Shown piece after piece: positions 10,707 to 24,959 of a stretch of 64,000 bases of DNA. The DNA is from Macrostomum hystrix (Eukaryota > Animalia > Platyhelminthes). Positions within the stretch are counted from its first letter, which is position 1. Each line of letters begins with the position of its first letter. Below the pieces are notes generated by a model. That model worked only from the letters and a program-made list of their open reading frames with translations, did not search any database and had not been told where the DNA came from. Location: positions 310,001 through 374,000 of the forward strand of contig CATNEN010000027.1 of assembly GCA_950097015.1 (NCBI GenBank), read 5' to 3'. The translations under genes and the position numbers were made by a program.

Positions 10707-11477
10707 TGGAGAGAGGGGAACGCGTCTGGAGTTGCGTTGGTTCGAATCCGGCTTTCAATTTTTTCGATACACATCGGAATCGATTCCAACATTAGATTTT
10801 TGAAATTCAATGGGCAGTGTCCTCTCTCCTCTCTCCCGCTCTCTCTCTCCCTCTCTCCCTCTTTCCCTCTCTCCCTTTCTCTCTGTATCCCTTTCTCTCA
10901 GAAGAAAAATACGGGAAATATCGGCAACAGAAACTCGGCTAGCTTGCGTCACTGCCTGGCAATGCCTCTCTGGGTATCCAGGCCTTCTCTTCTTCCTTTC
11001 CTAAATCGCACTTAGCAATGACCATCTGACTTCGGAATGGTCGAATTCTCCCAACTTCCCCCACCACCCGGCTCAGTGCGGCCTGTGGAATCTCCCCCCC
11101 CCAGGGGATCCGACCGGAGGGGCAGAGAGGGTCCGAAAGATTGGGGGATCGAGGATGCACAGGTCTCCATCTCTACAGGGCTTGGCAATTGTCGGCAAGG
11201 GTTGAACTGTCGAGTCCTCTGACATTCGGCCCTCTAGCTAGCCAGATCAGGGGAGGCCAAGAGCTTGTCTCCCCCCGGCGTCCTTCGAGGCAGCGACCAG
11301 AGAAGGGAGTAAATTCCCACCGATTCTCTCTTTCCAGAGCGGCCTGCTCCCATTACTGTCCCACCCCAAGCCATGAGCAGCAAGATGCAGTGGCATCGGC
11401 TCAAGCCGATGGGTGTGATTGCACTCTGCGCTATAACTCATGGCAGTGTTTGCAATTGTAAATATCTCATTTACAAT

Positions 11478-14400
11478 TTGATAGATGTGTGATAGACTCT
11501 TTGATAGATGTGTGATAGACACAATCATAGATGTGTGATAGACACAATCATAGATGTGTGATAGACACTTTGATAGATGTGTGATAGACACAATCATAGA
11601 TGTGTGATAGACACAATCATAGATGTGTGATAGACACAATCATAGATGTGTGATAGACACAATCATAGATGTGTGATAGACACAATCATAGATGTGTGAT
11701 AGACTCTGATAGATGTGTGATAGACACAATCATAGATGTGTGATAGACTCTGATAGATGTGTGATAGACACAATCATAGATGTGTGATAGACTCTGATAG
11801 ATGTGTGATAGACTCTTTGATAGATGTGTGATAGACTCTTTGATAGATGTGTGATAGACTCTTTGATAGATGTGTGATAGACTCTTTGATAGATGTGTGA
11901 TAGACACAATCATAGATGTGTGATAGACACAATCATAGATGTGTGATAGACACTTTGATAGATGTGTGATAGACACAATCATAGATGTGTGATAGACACA
12001 ATCATAGATGTGTGATAGACACAATCATAGATGTGTGATAGACTCTGATAGATGTGTGATAGACACAATCATAGATGTGTGATAGACTCTGATAGATGTG
12101 TGATAGACACAATCATAGATGTGTGATAGACTCTGATAGATGTGTGATAGACACAATCATAGATGTGTGATAGACTCTGATAGATGTGTGATAGACTCTT
12201 TGATAGATGTGTGATAGACTCTTTGATAGATGTGTGATAGACTCTTTGATAGATGTGTGATAGACTCTTTGATAGATGTGTGATAGACTCTTTGATAGAT
12301 GTGTGATCGACACAATCATAGATGTGTGATAGACACAATCATAGATGTGTGATAGACACAATCATAGATGTGTGATAGACTCTTTGATAGATGTGTGATA
12401 GACACAATCATAGATGCGTGATAGACACAATCATAGATGTGTGATAGACTCTTTGATAGATGTGTGATAGACACAATCATAGATGCGTGATAGACACAAT
12501 CATAGATGTGTGATAGACTCTTTGATAGATGTGTGATAGACTCTTTGATAGATGTGTGATAGACACAATCATAGATGTGTGATAGACTCTTTGATAGATG
12601 TGTGATAGACACAATCATAGATGTGTGATAGACACAATCATAGATGTGTGATAGACACAATCATAGATGTGTGATAGACTCTGATAGATGTGTGATAGAC
12701 TCTGATAGATGTGTGATAGACTCTTTGATAGATGTGTGATAGACACAATCATGGATGTGTGATAGACACAATCATAGATGTGTGATAGACTCTGATTGAT
12801 GTGTGATAGACACAATCATAGATGCGTGATAGACACAATCATAGATGTGTGATAGACACAATCATAGATGTGTGATAGACACTTTGATAGATGTGTGATA
12901 GACACAATCATAGATGTGTGATAGACACTTTGATAGATGTGTGATAGACTCTTTGATAGATGTGTGATAGACACAATCATAGATGTGTGATAGACTCTTT
13001 GATAGATGTGTGATAGACACAATCATAGATGTGTGATAGACACAATCATAGATGTGTGATAGACACAATCATAGATGTGTGATAGACTCTGATAGATGTG
13101 TGATAGACTCTTTGATAGATGTGTGATAGACACAATCATGGATGTGTGATAGACACAATCATAGATGTGTGATAGACTCTGATTGATGTGTGATAGACTC
13201 TTTGATAGATGTGTGATAGACACAATCATGGATGTGTGATAGACACAATCATAGATGTGTGATAGACTCTGATAGATGTGTGATAGACACAATCATAGAT
13301 GCGTGATAGACACAATCATAGATGTGTGATAGACACTTTGATAGATGTGTGATAGACACAATCATAGATGTGTGATAGACTCTTTGATAGATGTGTGATA
13401 GACTCTTTGATAGATGTGTGATCGACACAATCATAGATGTGTGATAGACTCTTTGATAGATGTGTGATAGACTCTTTGATAGATGTGTGATAGACTCTTT
13501 GATAGATGTGTGATCGACACAATCATAGATGTGTGATAGACGCAATCATAGATGTGTGATAGACACAATCATAGATGTGTGATAGACTCTTTGATAGATG
13601 TGTGATAGACACAATCATAGATGCGTGATAGACACAATCATAGATGCGTGATAGACACAATCATAGATGTGTGATAGACTCTTTGATAGATGTGTGATAG
13701 ACTCTTTGATAGATGTGTGATAGACACAATCATAGATGTGTGATAGACTCTTTGATAGATGTGTGATAGACACAATCATAGATGTGTGATAGACACAATC
13801 ATAGATGTGTGATAGACACAATCATAGATGTGTGATAGACTCTGATAGATGTGTGATAGACTCTGATAGATGTGTGATAGACACAATCATAGATGCGTGA
13901 TAGACACAATCATAGATGCGTGATAGACACAATCATAGATGTGTGATAGACTCTTTGATAGATGTGTGATAGACTCTTTGATAGATGTGTGATAGACACA
14001 ATCATAGATGTGTGATAGACTCTTTGATAGATGTGTGATAGACTCTTTGATAGATGTGTGATAGACACAATCATAGATGTGTGATAGACTCTTTGATAGA
14101 TGTGTGATAGACACAATCATAGATGTGTGATAGACACAATCATAGATGTGTGATAGACACAATCATAGATGTGTGATAGACTCTGATAGATGTGTGATAG
14201 ACTCTGATAGATGTGTGATAGACACAATCATAGATGCGTGATAGACACAATCATAGATGTGTGATAGACACAATCATAGATGTGTGATAGACACTTTGAT
14301 AGATGTGTGATAGACTCTTTGATAGATGTGTGATAGACACAATCATAGATGTGTGATAGACACTTTGATAGATGTGTGATAGACACTTTGATAGATGTGT

Positions 14401-14515
14401 GATAGACTCTGATAGATGTGTGATAGACATTTTGATGATAGATGTGTGATAGACACAATTATAGATGCGTGATAGACACTTTGATAGATGCGTGATAGAC
14501 ACTTTGATAGATTTA
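11478..14515. repeat. 23/21-bp minisatellite: constant ATAGATGTGTGATAGAC plus variable ACAATC/TCTTTG/ACTTTG/TCTG
   Basis: About 130 interspersed variant units. Confidence 0.98.
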
Positions 14516-15093
14516 TGATTGACACGTGTAAATTGGATGTGTAAAATAATGAATGAATCTGATTTAAAAATAAAATAAAATAAGTCGCAAAGGAAATCAC
14601 AACATATATCGAGTATGAATTTAATCTTATAACGTTTCTCTGTTATTGTTGTAAAATCAAACCGTGGTCGGGAAATAAAAGGCAATAAATAAGCAGTTCA
14701 AACTCTGCCAGCTGTTGCGGGTTGTTTCAACAACTACCAAGAATGTTTCCTATTTGCTTTTCTAAGAGCTGTCACGGCACGCCAAGTCTACTATCATGGA
14801 CTTGAGTTAGGTCAGGTTTGAGACCCGATTCTGCCGAAAGCGTTGAAAAAATCAATGGTCTTCCTAATAGCAGTTACAGTGACTTTTATTTCCTTTGCAG
14901 TGCAGACCCAAAATGTGCTCAAGGAGACATTCAGCACAATGAGAAATTTCAGCCAGTGAAAGTCAGTGGCAAGATTTTATCGATCCCTCAAGCTGAGCAG
15001 CAGCTGCTGCCGCGGCCAAAATAAGCATTTCCTAGTTTTCTTTTTCATTGTATAGTTTTTCCAAAATAAAATTTCTGTCCTGTGAACTCAAGG

Positions 15094-15612
15094 TTCTAGT
15101 TTGGGGAGACTCCTGTTTCAGAAGATTCCAGTTTGGGCCAATTCCAGTTTCAGAAGATTCCAGTTTGGGACGATTCTAGTTTGGGGAGACTCCTGTTTCA
15201 GAAGATTCCAGTTTGGGCCAATTCCAGTTTCAGAAGACTCCAGTTTGGGACGATTCTAGTTTGGGGAGACTCCTGTTTCAGAAGATTCCAGTTTGGGCCA
15301 ATTCCAGTTTCAGAAGATTCCAGTTTGGGACGATTCTAGTTTGGGCAAATTCCAATTTCAGAAGATTCTAGTTTGGGACATTCTAGTTTGGGACCTTCTA
15401 GTTTAGGAAGATTCCAGTTTGGGACGATTCTAGTTTGGGACATTCTAGTTTGGGACCTTCTAGTTTAGGGAGATTCCAGTTTGGAAAGACTCCAGTTTAG
15501 GAAGATTCCAGTTTGGGAAGATTCCAATTTAAGAAGATTCCAATTTAGGAAGATTCCAGTTTGGGAAGATTCCAGTTTGGGAAGATTCCAGTTTGAGACG
15601 ATTCCAGTTTGA
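15094..15612. repeat. 16-bp minisatellite GAAGATTCCAGTTTGG; first part arranged as 3 x 80-bp higher-order units
   Basis: 80-bp period at 15094/15174/15254. Confidence 0.92.
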
Positions 15613-16454
15613 GAGCGAACTGTGAATTAGACTATGAGCACAGTTTGCAATAGAAAACGACGACCCAAAGTAGACTACCCCGGCGGAGTCGCAGTCCTTC
15701 ACCTGCGCCTGTGCCTGTGACATCGCCTGATTGATGAGTTTGCCCAAATCTCTTCGCCCACCTCCCCGCCCCAGCCACAGAATCCCTCTCAGCTTCCGCA
15801 TCCTCATTTATTGGGGTTAGGAGATTTTCCTCAACCAGCAATGCCCCTTCCTTACCCTCTGTCTGGGATGCCGTGCCCTCTATTCCCACTCTGTCCCAAC
15901 CTCCCAGTTTGGCTGAAGGAGTTTGCATCGGGTCCACAATTACTTTATGCAAATTCTTCTAGAAAATGCCATCAACTAACCCTCACTAACTGCCGTCTAG
16001 GCCGCCACCGCTGCTGCTGCTGCTGCTGTTGTTGTTGTTGTTGTTGTTGCCATTGGATAAGATTGCAGCTAGGAGCAGCAAATATTGAGTACAATAATCT
16101 TTAACATTTTTTGTCTAATAATTTTAGCTTCTGGCATCTCAATCGCTGCTGCTCGCGTGCAGGTTTGACAGGCCACGCATTCAATCTGGTGCAGCGTGCA
16201 GGTTTGACAGGCCACGCATTCAATCTGGTGCAGCGTGCAGGATGATGAACAAAAATAGGTCAAACAACACGCGTGAGGGGAGCCAGCCGATGGGATTTTA
16301 TCGGCCCGTTGAATGTACCTACCGGAAATTGGGATTTTTGTGCTAGCGAGCTAATGCTGGCCCTTTGCGATACAAATTAATGATGAGTCGGCTTCTACTT
16401 ATAGGTGAGTGGCAGCATCAATAATGGGACTAGAGCTGATGGGAGTCATGGGAG

Positions 16455-17500
16455 AGACGGGAAGAATGAGAAGGGGAGAGGGAGAGAGAGAGGGGAAGAA
16501 TGAGAAGGGGAGAGGGAGAGAGAGAGAGGGGAAGAATGAGAACTAATTAGGGGGAGAGAGAGGGGAAGAATGATAACTATTTAGGGGGAGAGAGAGGGGA
16601 AGAATGAGAACTAATTAGGGGGAGAGAGAGGGGAAGAATGAGAACTATTTAGGGGGAGGGAGAGGGGAAGAATGAGAACTATTAGGGGGAGAGAGAGGGG
16701 AAGAATGAGAACTATTTAGGGGGAGGGAGAGGGGAAGAATGAGAACTATTTAGGGGGAGAGAGAGGGGAAGAATGAGAACTATTTAGGGGGAGAGAGGGG
16801 AAGAATGAGAACTATTTAGGGGGAGAGAGAGGGGAAGAATGAGAACTATTTAGGGGGAGAGAGAGGGGAAGAATGAGAACTATTTAGGGGGAGAGAGAGA
16901 AGAAGAATGAGAACTATTTAGGGGGAGAGAGAGGAAGAATGAGAACTATTTAGGGGGAGAGAGAGGGGAAGAATGAGAACTATTTAGGGGAGAGAGAGAG
17001 AAGAATGAGAACTATTTAGGGGGAGAGAGAGGGGAAGAATGAGAACTATTAGGGGGAGAGAGAGGGGAAGAATGAGAACTATTTAGGGGGGAGAGAGAGG
17101 GAAGAATGAGAAACTATTATAGGGGGAGAGGAGGGAAGACTGAGAAACTATTTAGGGGGAGAGAGAGAAGAAGAATGAGAACTATTTAGGGGGAGAGAGA
17201 GAAGAAGAATGAGAACTATTTAGGGGGAGAGAGAGGGGAAGAATGAGAACTATTTAGGGGGAGAGAGAGGGGAAGAATGAGAAACTATTTAGGGGGAGAG
17301 AGAGAGAAGACATGAGAACTATTTAGGGGGAGAGAGAGGGGAAGAATGAGAACTATTTAGGGGGAGAGAGAGGGGAAGAATGAGAACTATTTAGGGGGAG
17401 AGAGAGGGGAAGAATGAGAACTATAGAGAGGGGGGAGAGCGATGGGAAGAATGAGAAGTAGAGAGGGAGAGAGGGGAAGAATGAGAAGTATAGAGGTGAG
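16455..17500. repeat. Purine-rich ~34-35-bp minisatellite GAATGAGAACTATTTAGGGGGAGAGAGAGGGGAA
   Basis: Direct reading. Confidence 0.95.
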
Positions 17501-18092
17501 ATGGAATATTGAGAAGTAGAGACAGGAAGAGGTTTGAGCGAGAAGGATTGGTACATAAAAGTTTGAGAAGGCAAAGAGGTAACGGGGATTGCATAAATGT
17601 AGGCAGAGCAATAAACAGAACTCGTTGATCAATGCTGCAATAAAAAATAAACTCACGAAAAGCAAGACGCCGGAGAGCCCAAAACATAGCATAGCATCTG
17701 AGTTATAGTGCGGACAGACTCTCTTGCAAAAACCAAACTCCCCCCTCCCCTACAACCCCCTGATCCTGCAACTCTGCGGATGACATTATCACGAAAACTG
17801 GCCGCAGTAGCAGCAGCAGCACCAGCAGCAGCAGCAGCGATGTCGACTAGGTCCAGTTTCCGCTCTAAAGATACGGGGGCCGGATTTTAACCAGGCAAAT
17901 AAGGCGAATTGGATCAGGTCCTGCTATTTAGCCTTTAGCCGTCTCCCCCCCACACACCAACCCCCCCCCCAGCTCTCTGGCTGGCCTGGCTCTGTATATA
18001 GCTGTGCGCCCTCTGCCCCGATACCAGCTTGAATCCTCACAGCCCTGCCCGCACACTGGTTCATAGGCTAATCTATCTATCTCTGCAACAGC

Positions 18093-18206
18093 ATGGGCAA
18101 TGCGATCGGACCGCGTAAGAAACTGCCCAAAGAAGACATGCAGTTTCTAATGACAAATACCAACTTCACCAAGAAGCAGATCAAACAGTGGTACCGCGGC
18201 TTCATT
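18093..18206 (+). CDS. ncs-2: Neuronal calcium sensor (NCS-2/neurocalcin-like), exon 1
   Basis: MGNAIGPRKKLPKEDMQFLMTNTNFTKKQIKQWYRGFI|GTAAGT. Gly2 is a possible myristoylation site; TNF..I..WY.GF is the NCS signature. Confidence 0.93.
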
Positions 18207-18291
18207 GTAAGTCCACCTTCTGCTGGCCTGCAATCAGAATTCCCTGTTCAAGCTTTCCTCTCCTCTCTTTCCCATCTTAGATGCCCTCTGC

Positions 18292-18735
18292 TATCTCCTC
18301 TCCTCTCCTCTCCTCTCCTCTCCTCTCCTCTCCTCTCCTCTCCTCTCCTCTCCTCTCCTCTCCTCTCCTCTCCTCTCCTCTCCTCTCCTCTCCTCTCCTC
18401 TCCTCTCCTCTCCTCTCCTCTCCTCTCCTCTCCTCTCCTCTCCTCTCCTCTCCTCTCCTCTCCTCTCCTCTCCTCTCCTCTCCTCTCCTCTCCTCTCCTC
18501 TCCTCTCCTCTGCCTCTCCTCTCCTCCTCTCCTCTCCTCTCCTCTCCTCTCCTCTGCCTCTCCTCTCCTCCTCTCCTCTCCTCTCCTCTCCTCTCCTCTC
18601 CTCTCCTCCTCTCCTCTCCTCTCCTCTCCTATTCTCTCCTCTCCTCTCCTCTCCTCTCCTCTCCTCTCCTCTCCTCTCCTCTCCTCTCCTCTCCTCTCCT
18701 CTCCTCTCCTCTCCTCTCCTCTCCTCTCCTCTCCT
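18292..18735. repeat. (TCTCC)n microsatellite, ncs-2 intron 1
   Basis: Direct reading. Confidence 0.97.
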
Positions 18736-19244
18736 CGCCCCTCTTTGCAGTTCCTGAGAGTCCTAAAAGAACGTAAGTCCTAGTAATAAATTTCTTATAC
18801 TTTAGCGTTAATCTAATTTTCAGTGCCACAGCTCGCACGTTTCTCACTGACACACAAATCCGCATGGGCGCAAGTCCTGCCCAGCCGAGGGCAGGTTTTT
18901 TGACCGAAAAATTTCCGCCCCCGTGCAGTCATCCCCTGTTGCGTCTGTTGAACGCCCGGCCTCTCACCAAGGCGCGCGTACTCCTAAAGTAGAAGGCGAG
19001 GGTGTTGTTGCCTGGTCGACTGCCGTAACCACTAACGCACACACACACACACATCACTACCCGCTGTGCTTATTCCCGAAAGCCCTATAACATGCCTTAG
19101 GATGGGGGGTTAGATCTCGTATATACACGCTCCCCAGCCTCTTTTGCCAGCGTCCGCGAATAGCAAATTTATTGCCACCCAATGTTAAAAGATGTCCAGG
19201 GTTTGATAGCCTTGGAATGCGCGCTTAAGTATCTTGGGCGGTCG

Positions 19245-19670
<426 letters not shown>

Positions 19671-20714
19671 TGGATGGATGGACTTGCTCTCTTTTATATT
19701 GGGCCTCAGAGAGTTAAGTTTCTTGTTAAACATTGAAGGCCTGCATTGTCTTCTCGCCTTTTCATTTACTCACAAGAGAATTCAAAACTCTAAATATCCA
19801 AGTAATTTATCCCCTCTCATCTCTCATATCTCGCAACTCTTAACTTATCCCTCCAATCAAAACTCTTAACTTGTATCTCTGCACTCTCATCTTTCCAATC
19901 TCATCTCTCTAATCTTACCTCTCTTATCTCATCTCTCCAAGCTCGTCTCTCAAATCTCATATCGCTAATCTCATCTCTCAAATCTCATGTCTCTTATCTC
20001 ATGTCTCTAATCTCACCTCTCTATGCTTATCTCTCTAATCTCTTCTCGTCTCTATAATCTCATCCGTCTAATATTATCTCTCTGACCTGATCGTTTTGAA
20101 TTGAAATTGCAACAAAACACGTTAGTGAGCAGTCCTTCACCCGCCTACAAGGTTACAGGCAGCTCTATTGCACTTGTTGCTCGGTCATCGATTCACTCAC
20201 TGGCTTCTGCCAGCAAGCAGATTAACTTTAATCCCTGGCTGTGTCTGCAAGAAACCAATAGCCTACGATTGTATATTCAACTTTAGGCTGCATGTTGGAG
20301 TTTTACAAAATGTACGCACGGACAGAGATACTCGTAATGGGAGGGAAAGTTAGTGAGCGAGTGTGAGAGTGAGTCGGCTGTACTCTAGGGACAGCAGCGT
20401 GAGAAAATACACAAGTCCCAATAGGACTGGGATCATGTCCGTGAGAATGTGCATTTGATTGCTGGATGCCAAAATGGAGTTGGTTGAAGACAGTCGGTGC
20501 GTGTTCTGTAGTCACTTTTTTAGAATATTATTCACACAGCGACAGCGATATTCCATTGGGATTCGGGGACTTTTGGCTTTAGTTGGAGTGTTATAGACTA
20601 TCGAGGAATCAGCGCTCTGGGCAGTTGTAGTGCTGCCACAGTAGCCATTGAGTGAGTGAAGGCTTCAATTATAATCACCTTCAATTTTACATTCCCAACA
20701 TTTATCCAAACATG

Positions 20715-22018
20715 AGCCAAACCCGAATCTTCACAAACCCGAATCTTCACAAACCCGAATCTTCACAAACCCGAAATCTTCACAAACCCGAATCTTCACA
20801 AACCCGAATCTTCACAAACCCGAATCTTCACAAACCCGAATCTTCACAAACCCGAATCTTCACAAACCCGAAATCTTCACAAACCCGAATCTTCACAAAC
20901 CCGAATCTTCACAAACCCGAATCTTCATAAACCCGAATCTTCACAAACCCGAATCTTCACAAACCCGAATCTTCACAAACCCGAATCTTCACAAACCCGA
21001 ATCTTCACAAACCCGAATCTTCACAAACCCGAATCTTCACAAACCCGAATCTTCACAAACCCGAAATCTTCATAAACGCGAAATCTTCACAAACCCGAAT
21101 CTTCACAAACCCGAATCTTCACAAACCCGAATATTCACAAACCCGAATCTTCACAAACCCGAAATCTTCACAAACCCGAAATTTTCATAAACCCGAATCT
21201 TCACAAACCCGAATCTTCACAAACCCGAATCTTCACAAACCCGAATCTTCACAAACCCGAATATTCACAAACCCGAATCTTCACAAACCCGAAATCTTCA
21301 CAAACCCGAATCTTCACAAACCCGAATCTTCACAAACCCGAATCTTCACAAACCCGAATCTTCACAAACCCGAAATCTTCACAAACCCGAAATCTTCATA
21401 AACCCGAATCTTCACAAACCCGAATCTTCACAAACCCGAATCTTCACAAACCCGAATCTTCACAAACCCGAATCTTCACAAACCCGAATCTTCACAAACC
21501 CGAATCTTCACAAACCCGAATATTCACAAACCCGAATCTTCACAAACCCGAAATCTTCACAAACCCGAATCTTCACAAACCCGAATATTCACAAACCCGA
21601 ATCTTCAGAAACCCGAATCTTCACAAACCCGAATCTTCAGAAACTCGAATCTTCACAAACCCGAATATTCACAAACCCGAATCTTCAGAAACCCGAATCT
21701 TCACAAACCCGAATCTTCAGAAACCCGAATCTTCACAAACCCGAATCTTCACAAACCCGAATCTTCACAAACCCGAATCTTCAGAAACCCGAAACTTCAC
21801 AAACCCGAATCTTCACAAACCCGAAATCTTCACAAACCCGAATCTTCACAAACCCGAATCTTCACAAACCCGAATCTTCACAAACCCGAATCTTCACAAA
21901 CCCGAATCTTCACAAACCCGAATCTTCACAAACCCGAAATCTTCACAAACCCGAATCTTCACAAACCCGAATCTTCACAAACCCGAATCTTCACAAACCC
22001 GAATCTTCACAAACCTGA
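20715..22018. repeat. 16-bp minisatellite CACAAACCCGAATCTT (~80 copies), ncs-2 intron 1
   Basis: Direct reading; occasional 17-bp variants. Confidence 0.98.
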
Positions 22019-22616
22019 ACCTTGAACTGAATTTTTGTAAGGCTTCTCTTTTAAAGAAATTGGACTTTTAAATTCTTAGATTGAACGGAGAATCCTGAAG
22101 TCCACAAAAGCACAAAGCTTAGGCCTAACTAAACACCAAAAGAAGGAAAGCTTTAAGACTGAGAGGGGGAGAATTTTAGACGGAGAAATCTGTAAATTTG
22201 GGATTCGAAGTAAACTTGCAAGTTTCTCCCTAGCTTCCCATTCACAATCGACTCGTGTCCCGGTAGTCCTGACGTCTTCCTTCTCTACTACAAAATCTAT
22301 AAGGCCGCTTCTTCCAAAATGATTGACGGCCTTACAAAGCTGAAGCAGATGTCTAAGCTTTTCTGTGCTTAGCATCCAGCTGAAATGCTTAGGTGGTTGC
22401 TAAAGTTTTAAATTCCTGAAACTTGCTTGTTTTTGCAGGCTTTACAGATCTGGACATTTTTTATGTAAATATATTTTAAGCTTGCAATTTTTCTATGACA
22501 TCAATGAAATATATGCAATCAAGGGACAAATACAACGGATATTCTTACATACCCTTGATTGGGGAACTATTAGATAGAAACAACTGCGAGTATTTAATAG
22601 GAAACTTCTTCAGTCT

Positions 22617-23040
22617 CCTCTCTACCCTCTCTACCCTCTCTACCCTCTCTACCCTCTCTACCCTCTCTACCCTCTCTACCCTCTCTACCCTCTCTACCCT
22701 CTCTATCCTCTCTACCCTCTCTATCCTCTCTACCCTCTCTACCCTCTCTACCCTCTCTACCCTCTCTACCCTCTCTATCCTCTCTACCCTCTCTACCCTC
22801 TCCACCCTCTCTACCCTCTCTACCCTCTCTACCCTCTCTACCCTCTCTACCCTCTCTACCCTCTCTACTCTACCATTTCTACCCTCTCTACCCTCTCTAT
22901 CCTCTCTACCCTCTCTACCCTCTCTATCCTCTCTACCCTCTCTACCCTCTCTACCTTCTCTACCATCTCTACCCTCTCTACCCTCTCTACCCTCTCTACC
23001 ATCCTTTCGTCCTCTGCCCTCTCTCTCTACTCTCTCAACC
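22617..23040. repeat. 9-bp repeat (CTCTCTACC)n
   Basis: Direct reading. Confidence 0.95.
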
Positions 23041-23634
23041 TTTTTCTTTTCTATCAATCTATAATACTCAAACAATCCATCACTGAGTCACTTTAGTCTA
23101 AGCCTGACAACAAACTCATTAATTAGCATGATAATAGTTGCACGCTCTAGCACACACCTGTTTGTGGAGTCTGAAATATACCAAACTATTCTGTATTATA
23201 CTTCCGTGTAAGTACTACCCCATTCGATGCACTAAATAAAAATGCACTAATCGTATATAACTCCTGTCTCTCCTGTCCCATAAATCATCCACCCAACTAA
23301 CCGTCTCCGACCTGCGAGCCCAAAGAATTTTCTTATTCAATGAGTTTTGAGTGCCTGTACACATTATAGACTAGACCACTTACATATATGGAATGCTGTG
23401 GGTTTTAGAGGTGAGGAGAGGTGATAGGTGTGCTTACAGAACAGCTCAATGGCTTGTCTAGCCTATACTATAAGCTTAACATTCGATTCAGGGCCATCGA
23501 TTGATTCTGTATCATTGCTAGGGACTCGGCTTTAAATTCTTAAGTCTTCTCGACCGTAGGGGGAGAACTGAGTAATGTTACTAAATTATAATAATAAATC
23601 CTAATTTCATATTACCTACCTGAAGTTCATATCA

Positions 23635-24002
23635 CCGAATTTTCACATGACCTGAATTTCCCATGACCTGAATTTCACAAGACCTGAATTTTGTATGACA
23701 TAAATTTCACATGACCTGAATTTCCCATGACCTGAATTTCATATGACCTGAATTTCACATGACCTGAATTTCACATGACCTGAATTTCATATGACCTGAA
23801 TTTCACATGACCTGAATTTCACATGACCTGAATTTCACATGACCTGAATTTTACATGACCTGAATTTCACATGACCTGAATTTCACAAGACCTGATTTTC
23901 ACATGACCTGAATTTCACATGACCTGAATTTCACATGACCTGAATTTCATATGACCTGAATTTCACATGACCTGAATTTCACATGACCTGAATTTCACAT
24001 GA
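23635..24002. repeat. 16-bp minisatellite CATGACCTGAATTTCA
   Basis: Direct reading. Confidence 0.95.
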
Positions 24003-24119
24003 TTCTTTCGGCCTCTCCTTGCGGGGTCTCTAAACTGTCATCGCTAGGCCTGAACCTCCTCCAAATAAAAGTACATCCAAGCATCGGCACGGCTTTCACC
24101 ACCACCCCCCCACTTCTAG

Positions 24120-24392
24120 CGCGACTGCCCATCCGGGCAGCTGAGCAAGAAGAAGTTCATTGAGGTGTACTCTGGCTTCTTCCCTGACGGCAACGCCGAG
24201 GAGTTCTGCACGCACGTGTTCCGCACCTTCGACAAGGACAACTCTGGCAAGATCGACTTCAAGGAGTTCCTGCTGGCTATTAACATCACTTCTGGTGGCA
24301 AGCCGCAGGAGAAGCTGGAGTGGGCCTTCCAGATGTACGATATCGATGGCAATGGGACCATTGAGCGCAACGAGATGGTCGAAATTATCAAG
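24120..24392 (+). CDS. ncs-2: Neuronal calcium sensor, exon 2 (EF1 DCPSG, EF2 [14 protein letters not shown]3 [12 protein letters not shown])
   Basis: Acceptor cttctAG|CGC and donor AAG|GTTAGC, both phase 0. The CP-containing non-binding EF1 is typical of the NCS family. Confidence 0.96.
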
Positions 24393-24770
24393 GTTAGCGA
24401 TTGGGCGGCTAAAGTAGGCGGAGAAAGCGCTGGACTATCGGTGAAATTTGATTGGCTAGCGAAGGTTTAAATTGTTGCTATTTTTAGAAAATTTCCGGGA
24501 AACCCCGTTTAAGTCTAGGAGTCGAAATCGCTGGATAGCTTGTAGCCCAGTGTTTCGCTATTCTGACCATGAGGTTGGCAGTTCTTGAGCAAGTTATCTG
24601 CCACACACCCTAACTTCTAACCCAACTGTCTATGGTAACCCGAAGCACTAGGGAATTGAGAGTCTAGTTTAGAACAAAGAATTATCCTCTTTTTGGCTAA
24701 AGTTTGATTAATATATAAGTAATAATTTTTTTCACCCGAAACATTATAAGACGAATGTTTGACTCGGCAG

Positions 24771-24959
24771 GCAATCTACAGCATGCTGGGCGCTGACGAG
24801 TCCAACGTTGACATGAGCCCGGAGGCCAGAACTGAGGAGATCTTCGACAAGATGGACGTCAATAAGGACGGCGTCCTCTGCCGCGACGAGTTCATGAAGG
24901 GCTGCCTGGCTGACAAGCAGCTGTACTCCATGCTGCTGGCTGATGAGCCAGCGGAGTGA
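24771..24959 (+). CDS. ncs-2: Neuronal calcium sensor, exon 3 (EF4 DVNKDGVLCRDE)
   Basis: Acceptor ggcAG|GCA; AIYSML..IFDKMD..EFMKGCLADKQLY. Total 191 aa, typical NCS length. Confidence 0.96.
   Translation, partial: AIYSMLGADESNVDMSPEARTEEIFDKMDVNKDGVLCRDEFMKGCLADKQLYSMLLADEPAE

Noticed and set aside
11247-14685. CRISPR-like array or repeat-protein ORFs
   Set aside because: The variable parts are four recurring 4-6-nt tails, not unique spacers; no cas genes; eukaryotic context.
22076-22375. 99-aa minus-strand ORF in ncs-2 intron 1
   Set aside because: No recognisable motif or splice support.
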